64,000 bases of DNA, taken from assembly GCA_965603825.1 (NCBI GenBank), contig CBFDEM010000014.1:124001-188000 (forward strand). The letters are read 5' to 3'. Shown here one piece after another: positions 54,680 through 64,000 of the stretch. The stretch's first letter is position 1; each line of letters begins with the position of its first letter. The notes under the pieces are model-generated. The model saw only the letters and a list, made by a program, of their open reading frames with translations, was not told where the DNA came from and searched no databases. This stretch comes from Blepharisma stoltei ATCC 30299. Its lineage: Eukaryota > Protista > Ciliophora. The position numbers and the translations under genes were made by a program.

Positions 54680-57037
54680 TTATGATCTAGGGTTAAATTC
54701 CTCTTCTTCATTGTTGCTATCCAAAGCATGTGCTGTTTGGTTATTTTCTCTTTCAGACAGCTCTTCATCCATTCCTTCTGGAGCCTTGCTAAGGTCACTG
54801 AAATATCCAACTTTGTCAAAAACTTCAAGTCCCTTAAATTCATTCCATTTCCTTATAAAGAACTCAGAAAACCTCACATATAGCAATCCAATAATTGCCA
54901 CAACCAATACTATGATTATAATAATTCCACTAGTCCCAATAGAATCAGCTGCACACTCAAATCTATATGGCTCCAAATCTACACTTACCCCACCCACACA
55001 AGTATCCCCAGCAACTCTTCTATATCCTCTAGACACTTCATAATAAATATCCTCATCTTGGCAATTTTCCTCTTCCACAACTCCTTCAACTTTCTTGCAA
55101 GGTCCATCATTTTCACTGAAATATCCCAAATCGCATTCATAATCCAGCTTGGTGCACTCACAGTTATATTTAAACGATCCCCTTTCGAACTCTTCACCGT
55201 TATAGCATTCGCTTTCTCTTTTCCTTCTTACATATTCCATTTTTCTACCTAAAAGACATTCATTTCCAGTCCTCCCATCATTTGGGCTCCACAGCTCATA
55301 GTCGCTGCCTTCTCCTGGCTTATCAGCTCCTTTGCATTTAGGCTCGTGAAGTGATGAAAAATCAATGGCGACGCTGACTCCTTTTCCTCCAACTTGGCCA
55401 TAAAGGACGAAATTTTGAGATGTGGCTTTTGGCTCAATGATGATGTTGTCAACTTCTATAGGAGTATCAGTGAATTTGATGGACTCCCAAGTAAGACCTT
55501 CATTCCATGAGAAATAGACGCGGTCTGTAGCCTTTTGGTCGTCAGCCATGACTATAATAGCGCCATGGTCTCCTATTTCATAGATATAGGACCCTTTTTT
55601 GATTTCACTCCATGTAAGACCACCATCCCTAGATAAATAAGTATTTACTTCATCAGGCTTGTTTGAGAGGTATTTTCCGACGTTGCCAACACCAATGATG
55701 ATCCCGACCGCGTTTTCTGATGAATAAGCGGTCCCAAATTTTTGAGAAGTAATTGAATGTAAATGCAATGAGCAATCTTCATCCTTGCACAAAATTCGTT
55801 TTCCATTTGAGTCTTTTTCAGGGGGAGTTATTGTTTTCCAGACTCCTCCTTTATCAAAAGTAATTGCTGTTTTCTTATATGTAATTTCTGCATCTTTTCC
55901 TTTTTTCTTTTTCGTGTCAGAAGCATCAAATTCTTCATTAGTTTTTTCTCTATCATAAACATTTGCAATATAAATCCCTTCTAGTCCATATACCTTATCA
56001 AAATCACAATAACCTTTAGGGTCTCTTACATTATGAAGGAGAGAAATTGAGAATCTTCTACCAGTCACGTCAGATTCATAAATATTTCCATATCTTGATC
56101 CTGGTCCATAATGATTTACCTGGACAAAAACTGACCCTTCTGAAGTGTCTAACAAAGTGTAGGAATGCTCTGGGATTCTTTTGATAGGTAAATCAGCTTT
56201 ATAGAATTTTTCAATGTTTTTGTCATTGGAAACCATCAGTTGGACATCTTGAGAATCCTGTTCTATGGACTGAGCAACTAATATATATCTGTCTGCAAGT
56301 AAAAATTTGTTGCCATGAGGTACAAGAATTGAAGAAGACTGGAAGAAATCATCACTTTTCACCATGTCAACATTGTAGCTCCATCCTGCTAACTTTTGGT
56401 CGCCTTCTTGAAGACTTCTGGTCACATAGATTCTTTCTTTTGGAATATTTCTTTTAATATATTTAGCAAGATTTTCATATGCCCACGAAAACTGGACTAC
56501 ATAGTCTATGAGTTTTGTCCATGTTTGCCCGAGATCTTGAGTTAAATATAAAGCTCTGTACTTTTTGCAAGGCTCATCAACAAAATCTGAACACTTCGTC
56601 CACGATGCAGCTAGTCCCCAGTCTCTCTCTGTAGGATGAAAATGATACTCTTCCATTGGTCTTCCATAATTTAAAGCTTTTATCGTTTTCCCACAGTCTT
56701 CTGAAAACCAGTTAAGCCCTGCACTCCCCAGCATCACTACAACTTGCTTATCAGCTGGATTTACTAATATTTGTGTAACTTTTCCAATTGTGGAGCCTGC
56801 TTTCTTGCCTTCTTTTTCTAGAATTGGAGATAGCGGCTTCCATGAAAAGCCTTTGTTTTCGGATCGATAAACAGAATTTTCAGTGGTGAGTAGAAGCATG
56901 ACATCATCTTGGGCACCACAAAACTTTATGTCAGTAGCTGGCGCGTTTAGCTCAATGTATTGATATTCTATTCTGTCTGGGTTTGGCTCTGCAATGACAA
57001 ATGAAACTAAGCAAAGTGACAGAAAAGGCAGGACCAT
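54680..57037 (-). CDS. Sortilin/VPS10-domain sorting receptor
   Basis: Signal peptide, Asp-box repeats (SENKGFSW, TQDLGQTW, TFDKGGVW, SRDGGLTW, SWNEGLTW), 10CC module (CLLGRK..CECT..DYECDLGY..GYRRVAGDTCVGG), TM helix, acidic tail. Confidence 0.95.
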   Translation of the reverse strand: MVLPFLSLCLVSFVIAEPNPDRIEYQYIELNAPATDIKFCGAQDDVMLLLTTENSVYRSENKGFSWKPLSPILEKEGKKAGSTIGKVTQILVNPADKQVVVMLGSAGLNWFSEDCGKTIKALNYGRPMEEYHFHPTERDWGLAASWTKCSDFVDEPCKKYRALYLTQDLGQTWTKLIDYVVQFSWAYENLAKYIKRNIPKERIYVTRSLQEGDQKLAGWSYNVDMVKSDDFFQSSSILVPHGNKFLLADRYILVAQSIEQDSQDVQLMVSNDKNIEKFYKADLPIKRIPEHSYTLLDTSEGSVFVQVNHYGPGSRYGNIYESDVTGRRFSISLLHNVRDPKGYCDFDKVYGLEGIYIANVYDREKTNEEFDASDTKKKKGKDAEITYKKTAITFDKGGVWKTITPPEKDSNGKRILCKDEDCSLHLHSITSQKFGTAYSSENAVGIIIGVGNVGKYLSNKPDEVNTYLSRDGGLTWSEIKKGSYIYEIGDHGAIIVMADDQKATDRVYFSWNEGLTWESIKFTDTPIEVDNIIIEPKATSQNFVLYGQVGGKGVSVAIDFSSLHEPKCKGADKPGEGSDYELWSPNDGRTGNECLLGRKMEYVRRKRESECYNGEEFERGSFKYNCECTKLDYECDLGYFSENDGPCKKVEGVVEEENCQDEDIYYEVSRGYRRVAGDTCVGGVSVDLEPYRFECAADSIGTSGIIIIIVLVVAIIGLLYVRFSEFFIRKWNEFKGLEVFDKVGYFSDLSKAPEGMDEELSERENNQTAHALDSNNEEEEFNPRS

Positions 57038-57235
57038 TTTTATTATGATATGCGTTGTCGCTATAAATTATTTTCTAATTAAATTTGTTTAAAAATAGCT
57101 AATTAAAAATTTATAAGGAAAAAATCATAATTTTAACATTGAAAAACTCCAAGTAAAAAATTAGTTATTAAATCTATAATTGACAACTTGTTTATGATTG
57201 CCAAATGAAATATTTTCTAATGAGAATTCATTATT

Positions 57236-57676
57236 ATGAAAATGATGATGGCTTTAAGGAGATTTGCCTCTGGTGGTAAATCCCCACACGAATTATTGCC
57301 ACCTTGGCAGAAGTCTATATGAAGAGATCCTTTTGACTACCCTCTCCGCACAATAGAACAAGTGAAAGAAGAAATCAAGAATAATCCCCCAAGCCAAAAA
57401 GTTGCAGCCCAAGTTGTTCATTACTATGGCAAAAACGCCACTGTGCCTAACAGAGTAGATTTACCAAGCCAAGTCGTGAAAATGTGGGTCGACATGCGTA
57501 ACTGGAATCTCACAAAACTACAAAAAGAAAGATTAATTTTCCTTTTGGGCACAAGATATAAGAATAGCCCTACATTCAAAGTGGTATGCAACCATTATGC
57601 AACTAGAGAAGAGAACTGGCAGAAGTGCATGGATATTTTGCATGAACTTTTCTATGAGTGCAAGAGAGCTCCGTAA
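57236..57676 (+). CDS. Mitochondrial ribosomal small subunit protein mS35 (MRP-S28/Rsm24 family)-like
   Basis: Transit-like MKMMMALRRFAS, TGA=Trp at 57320, core VKMWVDM..LTKLQKERLIFLLGTRY...EEN...ILHEL..E. The start could be 57242. Confidence 0.72.
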
Positions 57677-58019
57677 GTTAATTCTTTATTTATTGATATT
57701 ATTTCTAGTAAAAATATTATTATTCTCATTAAATATTTCTTGTATTTTATGATTGCAAATTCTCTTAAATATATCTTATATCAATATTCATAATATTTTA
57801 CAATTGTTTATATCCTAAAATATTTGAAAGGGCTGAAAGGGCCTCTTGCTTTACTTGAGAATCGAAACTAAGACCGTTTGAAGTGTTTCTCTTATGAAAA
57901 TTAAAAGATGTTCTAAATTGTTTCTCTCGAGGTGTCAGTGATGATCTCCCATTTGAATTAATAGGAGTCCCTTCATTTCTGTCAAACGTAAACACTTTTG
58001 GAGGCTTAGCAGAATCTGT

Positions 58020-59805
58020 CTAAAATTTACGATCTCTTAGTACAGTCCTTTTGGACTTTCAATCCCACTCACTTTTTCTAACCTGCATACTTGAATGATT
58101 TTTATTTTCCTTTTCAAGCTGCGCGATTTTTCACTCTAATTCTTTTTTTTCTTTTTGCAAGTTTTCTACCTCTTTTATCCCATTTGCCTGCTCCACTTGG
58201 TCTCTCAATATAGTTTCCAGCATTTCTGTTTTTTCTTTTAATTCTTGATTTTCAGATTGAATTTCAATAAATTCAGCTTCTATATTCTTTTTAGAAGACA
58301 AAAGCTCTGAATTTTGCTCTTTTAGTTTTTTATTAATTGCCATTAGTTCTCTTATCATTTTGACACTGTCGTATAATTTTTCACTTAAAACTTCTTGGGA
58401 TAAAGGGAAATCCTCAGTTTTACCTCGGGATTGAGAAGCAGCTGTATGAGGAACGGGAGTTGGCTCAAAGCTAGTAGATAATTCTAGCGATTTCCTTAAA
58501 TCACGTATACGTTTTATATGGACAGATTTTAATGGAAGTTTTTCCATTTCTTGCAGTCGTGATTTTTGAGTTTTTCTATCCAGTGATGCAATTTCACTGA
58601 GAAAATCCAGCTGACTGTTTGCTTGGTCAAGCTCTTTTTTCAGTCTTTTTATTTCTTTCTATATATATTTTACTTTTAACTCCCTGATGATTTTAGTTTT
58701 TGGGTCTATATTTTGCACAGGAATATTTGAAATACTTCCTGCTTGTATAGCATAGTTGAGAGTACTATGATTATCCTCAAAAAAAGTATCTATCGGAGAT
58801 ATACACGCTATCATTAAGCAATAGCTGTTTCCTCCAATGCTTTGCTTTAGCAGACTTGTAAGCTTCGAATTCCTATACGGCACAAAGGCTTCATTGTTTT
58901 CTGCTAACGTTGTAATAACCTGCCTTAATGTAAACAGCGCTTTATTGATTTCAATGCTTTCTTTTAGTGCTAAGCCTTCATTTCCAGTCATTGCTGTTTT
59001 CTCACTTCCAGCTAAGTCTACTAATTGAAGTCTGCTTGACACAATTCTGCCTTCTTCTTTATCTAAAGCTTCAAGATTCAATGAAAAAATTGAATGGGAC
59101 CTTGAAGAAGTACTGTTTATATTATGGGAAGCCATAATCTTGTTCCTTAATCCAGAATTAAAGTGGCTTAATGCTTCTTGATATGTAAAGCATGGGAAAA
59201 TACAAAGATTTTCTACATAGAATTCATCGCTTTTATTTCACCTCATCTTCAAGCCAGGGGAGTTTGGAGTAAGCTGGGCTGGATTTAATAAATCATATAT
59301 ATTTTCATTGTAGATCTGAATATATGTACAATTTACAGTATATTCAACTTGGCTTTCAGACTGCTTAATTTCGTCAAAAAGCGCTTTAACTGTTCTAGGG
59401 ACAAGACCAATATTTTCATTTTCCTAATTATGTAATACTTTTATGATGGGCTTTAAGCCTTTATCATATTCATACCCTTCCATTGTAAAAGTTTTCCCAG
59501 ATCCAGTAGGCCCATATGTAAAAACAGTTGCATTAAATCCTTCAACCACTTTTTTCACAAGTGAATTTAATTTTAATCTAGCGAATAATTCTTCTTGTGT
59601 AGAGCTTTCATCAAAAACGTCGTCAAATTTGAACCTTTTTTGCTGTTTTGATTCTGGGAATTTCACTCTAATTATTTTTTTACACAAGGGACTTCTTATC
59701 AGTCTCTGGCTGGATTCGTGAGTTTATTAGACCTTGTCTAGATTCCTCAGGAAGAATTGGTCTTACTCGAACAACAACTTCAATTCTTGTCCTATTTTCT
59801 TCCAT
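58020..59805 (-). CDS. Kinesin, KIF12-like; 3' end uncertain (may extend to 57798)
   Basis: VVVRVRP, YGPTGSGKT, LKMRW(TGA 59238)NKSDEFYVENL, NSTSSRSH, DLAGSE, VPYRNSKLT; introns 59668-59683, 59424-59438 and 58659-58673; TGA also at 58131 and 58059. Confidence 0.88.
58659..58673 (-). other. 15-nt spliceosomal intron
   Basis: GTAAAATATATATAG, A10, in-frame TAG. Confidence 0.88.
59424..59438 (-). other. 15-nt spliceosomal intron
   Basis: GTATTACATAATTAG, A10, in-frame TAG inside the motor domain. Confidence 0.92.
59668..59683 (-). other. 16-nt spliceosomal intron
   Basis: GTAAAAAAATAATTAG, A11; explains the frame change in the motor N-terminus. Confidence 0.88.
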
Positions 59806-59860
59806 TTAATTCAAGTTTATTAACAATGAATTTAAGTTCTGCATAATAACTAATCGTAAA

Positions 59861-62479
59861 TTATTTATATTCTGGGGGTCCTCTTGATTTAGTATCATCT
59901 ACAAGGATTTCAATATCGTCATATTCTTCACCAAATGAAGGATTTATAGGTTGAAAAGATCCCTTTGAATTAGGATTTCCTAAGTTTATTTCTCCATTTG
60001 GGCTAGGAGGAATACTAACTTGACTTAAAGAAGGGCCTTCTCCAGTAGAGCCTCTGAAAATGGGAACTGCAAAAGGAAGCTTTGCTTCTTCCACAATGTT
60101 TCCACCAAACCCTCCAGCTTTAGCTTGTGGGCTTCCAAAGTTTGGTCGTAAGTCTCCAGGATCAACCATTGGAGAAAAACCTTTTTTTTCTTGGTTTTTT
60201 GCTGAAAAATCTGTAGGAGATCCTGCAAATATTGGCAATTGAGGTGCATCGACTATTTCTAGTTTTGTTGAGGGATCATTTCCAAATGATGTTCCTTTCA
60301 TATGCGGTGGAACATTGATTTTCCCTCTTTGAGCAGAACCTGGATCTAATTCTGGCGGCAAAGGACCAAAGCCAGGAACATTTATATTTCCTTTTATTTC
60401 TGGCTCATTTTTAGAAATTAGCCCTGCTCTCATTGGAATACTCAGACCCTCTTGCCTGGCACTTCTGATTTCTGGATTATCTATATCATGCCTAATACCA
60501 GCTCTTGGCATCCCATATCCAATTCCTACAAAAGTTGAAGGGCTGTCTTCTCCTAAAGTAAATTCTCTAAATCTTCCTATATTTTCTCTTGATTTAGGTA
60601 GAGAATTCGGAATTGAAATTTTTCCTCTTTGGCTTGGGGATCCCTCTCCTGTATTAAGCTCAAGCTGAAATTTGTTAGGTTCTTGACCTATATTTTTGAT
60701 TTCAGATCCCATGGGTCTAAAGCCGTTTAAATTGTTTTCTGGCTTTGCGGATTCTTTTATCAAGGTGTGTTCGACAGTAGCATTTTTTGTATTTAGGCCT
60801 GCCATTGTCCCATGAGATTCAGTATTATGATTTCCATATATCTGCTCACTGTAAAATATTTTTGCAATTAAAACCCATACAGCAATCATAAAAATGCCTA
60901 TAAAAACGCATATAGCAGCAACTGCAGCAAGTTCATGGTGTTCACTTGACACTCTTATATAATAGAAAGCGCCATAATTTTCGGTATTTATAGCAGTTGA
61001 TGGCTGAGTTGCTTTCCCAACAACACTTGAGTCAGAAAACGATAAAGCTGAATAATTGGCTGTAAGTGAGCTTGTCAATTTTGCCTGATAATTAATTGTC
61101 ATTTCTTCACCATCATAAGTTAAATTTTTATAACTATAAAATGAAATAAAAATATTTGTGTTTGATAGTGCAGGTATAGAGCCAATATTTACTTCAAAAC
61201 TGATTTTTTGTGATGAGTCACTGATATTTGTATAACTTAAAGTTGCAGCACTGTTACCAACTATTATATTTGCAATTTCATATGAATATGTAGATCCATA
61301 TGTTGCTTTAAATATGAAATTTTCATCTGCATAAGAATCAGAAAGTCCTAAGTTCATAATTTTGAATCACAAAGTCACATAAGCATAAGCGTTCTCATTA
61401 ATCGTGCATGCTTCATTTTTCTTACAAATTTCTTCTGAAATACTGCCAAATTCCATTTTATTGAGCGGACCACTTGTTAATGCGATTTGTTTAAAAATTG
61501 CAGTATGATTTCTGCAATTGGGTAAAATATTAGCTTGTTGTTCTTGGTAAGCTCCGATAGTGATTCAAAATGAATAAATATTATTATCCATTCCATAGTC
61601 AATCAGTGCACCATTAACTAAGCTTTTCACTATTGAATAGGTAGTTCCATATGATGCATTCCATAATAAGTTTGCAGAGTATGGCAAATTTCGGAAATAA
61701 ATGTATGATGATATATTTTTAAACGCACCACTTGGATCAACATTGCTGAGATAACAATAAGGATAAAAGAAGTGGTTCCCATAACTACCATAATGTATTC
61801 ACATTTTGAAGCTTGTTGTGCTTATAAGTGTTTTAAGAGCTGATGTTTCTGGCTCTGAAAAAGCAGAGGCTCCTCTGTATACATTACTACATGGATCACT
61901 TGAAGATCCGGTATCATCTGCACCCCAATGTGAATCAAAGTTTCTATTAAGATTGACTCCAGAATATTCGACACTAAGTAAAATTTACTTTGAACTGCAG
62001 GTATTTTTTGTATTTTTGTCAAAATCTTTAAAAGTATTTGTAGTTATATAATATTTGCCTGCAGCTATATAAGAGTCAACATTTATAACTGGAATAAAAT
62101 AGATTTCAGAAGTTTGCACTAGATAAAGAGTATTAGGACTTGTATCGTTAGTCAAGAAATTCAATAAGTATAAAACTTGAGTCGTTGCTAAGAGTTGTTT
62201 AGTTGTGTGAGTTCCCGTGATCAAAATTTTTGTCCTTAAGTTAGAACTTATGCCGTCTATATAATAAATACCAGCCTTAAGAAGTTTAATTCCCTCAATA
62301 TTATTACCATCTACACTTTTTCCTAATGTTATAAGTGAAAGATCTGGAGAAGTAAAGCTGTTTAATTGAGCTGTAATTTCAGTCATGTTAAAATAGCCTC
62401 TTAAATAGCCATTTGCTAAATTTGAATCATCTCATGAGTAAGCGAAATAGGCAAGAAATAATATCAAAGGCAATACCAT
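59861..62479 (-). CDS. Type I membrane protein with degenerate M14 carboxypeptidase domain and Pro/Gly-rich tail (copy 1)
   Basis: Signal peptide, LGKSVDG, IPVINVD, GVNLNRNF..W, FSEPET, YPY; intron 61974-61988; TGA=Trp at 62432, 61799, 61565 and 61367; TM AAVAAICVFIGIFMIAVWVLIA. Confidence 0.85.
61974..61988 (-). other. 15-nt spliceosomal intron
   Basis: GTAAATTTTACTTAG, A10, in-frame TAA just before GVNLNRNF. Confidence 0.9.
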
Positions 62480-62633
62480 TTTCGATTTATAAATTTATGG
62501 AGAAAAATTGAGAAATTTAGAAATAAGTTATTATGTGGTCAAGCATAATACAATAAGTTGCATTAAATTTATTGATTCATAAATTAAAGCTATTAACAAT
62601 GAATTTAAGTTCTGCATAATAACTAATCGTAAA

Positions 62634-64000
62634 TTATTTATATTCTGGGGGTCCTATTGATTTACTATCATCTACAAGGATTTCAATATCGTCATATTCT
62701 TCACCAAATGAAGGATTTATATGTTGAAAAGATCCCTTTGAATTAGGATTTCCTAAGTTTGTTTCTCCACCTGGGCTAGAAGGAATACTAACTTGAAACC
62801 CTCCAGCTTTAGGTTGTGGACTCCCAAAGTTTGGTCGTAAGTCTCCAGGATCAACCATTGGAGAAAAACCTTTTTTTTCTTGGTTTTTTGCTGAAAAATC
62901 TGTAGGAGATCCTGCAAATATTGGCAATTGAGGTGCATCGACTATTTCTAGTTTTGTTGAGGGATCATTTCCAAATGATGTTCCTTTCATATGCGGTGGA
63001 ACATTGATTTTCCCTCTTTGAGCAGAACCTGGATCTAATTCTGGCGGCATAGGACCAAAGCCAGGAACATTTATATTTCCTTTTATTTCTGGCTCATTTT
63101 TAGAAATTAGCCCTACTCTCATTGGAATACTCAGACCCTCTTGCCTGGCACTTCTGATTTCTGGATTATCTATATCATGCCTAATACCAGCTCTTGGCAT
63201 CCCATATCCAATTCCTACAAAAGTTGAAGGGCTGCCTTCTCCTAAAGTAACTTCTCTAAATCCTCCTATATTTTCTCTTGATTTAGGCGGAGAATTCGGA
63301 ATTGAAATTTTTCCTCTTTGGCTTGGGGATCCCTCTCCTGTATTAAGCTCAAGCTGAAATTTGTTAGGCTCTTGACCTATATTTTTGATTTCAGATCCCA
63401 TGGGTCTAAAGCCGTTTAAATTGTGCTCAACAGTAGTATTTTTTGTATTTAGGCCTGCCATTGTCCCATGAGATTCAGTATTATGATTTCCATATATCTG
63501 CTCACTGTAAAATATTTTTGCAATTAAAACCCATACAGCAATCATAAAAATGCCTATAAAAACGCATATGGCAGCAACTGCAGCAAGTTCATGGTGTTCA
63601 CTTGACACTCTTATATAATAGAAAGCGCCATAATTTTCGGTATTTATAGCAGTTGATGGCTGAGTTGCTTTCCCAACAACACTTGAGTCAGAAAACGATA
63701 AAGCTGAATAATTGGCTGTAAGTGAGTTTGTCAATTTTGCCTGATAATTAATTGTCATTTCTTCACCATCATAAGTTAAATTTTTATAACTATAAAATGA
63801 AATAAAAATATTTGTGTTTGATAGTGCAGGTATAGAGCCAATATTTACTTCAAAACTGATTTTTTGTGTTGAATCACTGATATTTGTATAACTTAAAGTT
63901 GCAGCACTGTTACCAACGGTTATATTTGCAATCTCATAAGAATATGTAGATCCATATGTTGCTTTAAATATGAAATTTTCATCTGCATAAGAATCAGAAA
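62634..64000 (-). CDS. Tandem paralog (copy 2) of the M14-like membrane protein; 5' part lies outside the window
   Basis: Near-identical to 59861..61344 with two in-frame indels; the frame is open to the window edge. Confidence 0.85.
   Translation of the reverse strand, partial: SDSYADENFIFKATYGSTYSYEIANITVGNSAATLSYTNISDSTQKISFEVNIGSIPALSNTNIFISFYSYKNLTYDGEEMTINYQAKLTNSLTANYSALSFSDSSVVGKATQPSTAINTENYGAFYYIRVSSEHHELAAVAAICVFIGIFMIAVWVLIAKIFYSEQIYGNHNTESHGTMAGLNTKNTTVEHNLNGFRPMGSEIKNIGQEPNKFQLELNTGEGSPSQRGKISIPNSPPKSRENIGGFREVTLGEGSPSTFVGIGYGMPRAGIRHDIDNPEIRSARQEGLSIPMRVGLISKNEPEIKGNINVPGFGPMPPELDPGSAQRGKINVPPHMKGTSFGNDPSTKLEIVDAPQLPIFAGSPTDFSAKNQEKKGFSPMVDPGDLRPNFGSPQPKAGGFQVSIPSSPGGETNLGNPNSKGSFQHINPSFGEEYDDIEILVDDSKSIGPPEYK

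Larger units (their letters stand above)
59818..64000. repeat. Tandem gene duplication: 59818-61344 matches 62591-64000
   Basis: Shared sequence begins TATTAACAATGAATTTAAGTTCTGC at 59818 and 62591 (offset 2773); the offset is 2656 at the window end, and the 117-nt difference equals the 84 + 33 nt indels. Confidence 0.93.

Noticed and set aside
15952-57676. Apparent cluster of mitochondrial genes (DBT, MCU, MRPL4, NFS1, mS35)
   Set aside because: They are scattered over 40 kb among unrelated genes; no evidence of more than chance.
58020-58082. TTAGA direct repeats as boundaries of a retained IES in the kinesin tail
   Set aside because: Excision between the repeats removes 58 nt and shifts the frame away from the coding-like downstream ORF.
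516-62938. Numerous short antisense or alternate-frame ORFs in the track (e.g. 2735..3055, 31283..31729, 42888..43445, 52954..53337)
   Set aside because: They are shadows of real genes on the other strand or frame, with S/F/L-rich composition and no domains.
1-64000. In-frame TGAs as pseudogene stops or selenocysteine codons
   Set aside because: They occur in many otherwise intact genes at conserved Trp, not Cys, positions, up to 14 per gene.
1-64000. CRISPR arrays, prophage, transposases, rRNA
   Set aside because: None seen; the repeats present are coding repeats or a gene duplication.

Overview
Eukaryotic, gene-dense, AT-rich DNA with the hallmarks of a heterotrich ciliate macronuclear genome. 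The Blepharisma-like assignment is inferred from the genetic code and intron size, not from a database hit. The supplied ORF track is fragmented for two reasons. First, TGA is a sense codon for tryptophan: about 48 in-frame TGAs counted by hand, many at invariant Trp positions of TBC, Rab, RING, kelch and kinesin domains, and every reconstructed gene ends in TAA or TAG. Second, genes carry tiny 15-16 nt GT-AG introns with a fixed A six nucleotides from the 3' end. Re-reading gives about 40 protein genes, including a TBC RabGAP, IQUB, PABP, a kelch/Cys-rich membrane protein, Rab, MBOAT, DBT, RING-PHD, calcyphosin, NOG1, MCU, two kinesins, MRPL4, bacterial-type citrate synthase, MFSD12-like transporter, NFS1, ADP-ribosylglycohydrolase, sortilin and a tandemly duplicated inactive M14 carboxypeptidase-like membrane protein. 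The most notable item is an isolated tRNA-Trp(CCA) gene at 37972-38044 with only a 4-bp anticodon stem (A27-C43 mismatch), a candidate UGA decoder, together with strongly gene-specific UGA versus UGG usage. Also notable are a WD40 gene whose last blade needs a non-canonical 16-nt GT-GG intron and a head-to-head gene pair with ATGs 12 bp apart. No CRISPR array, rRNA, telomere or transposase was seen.
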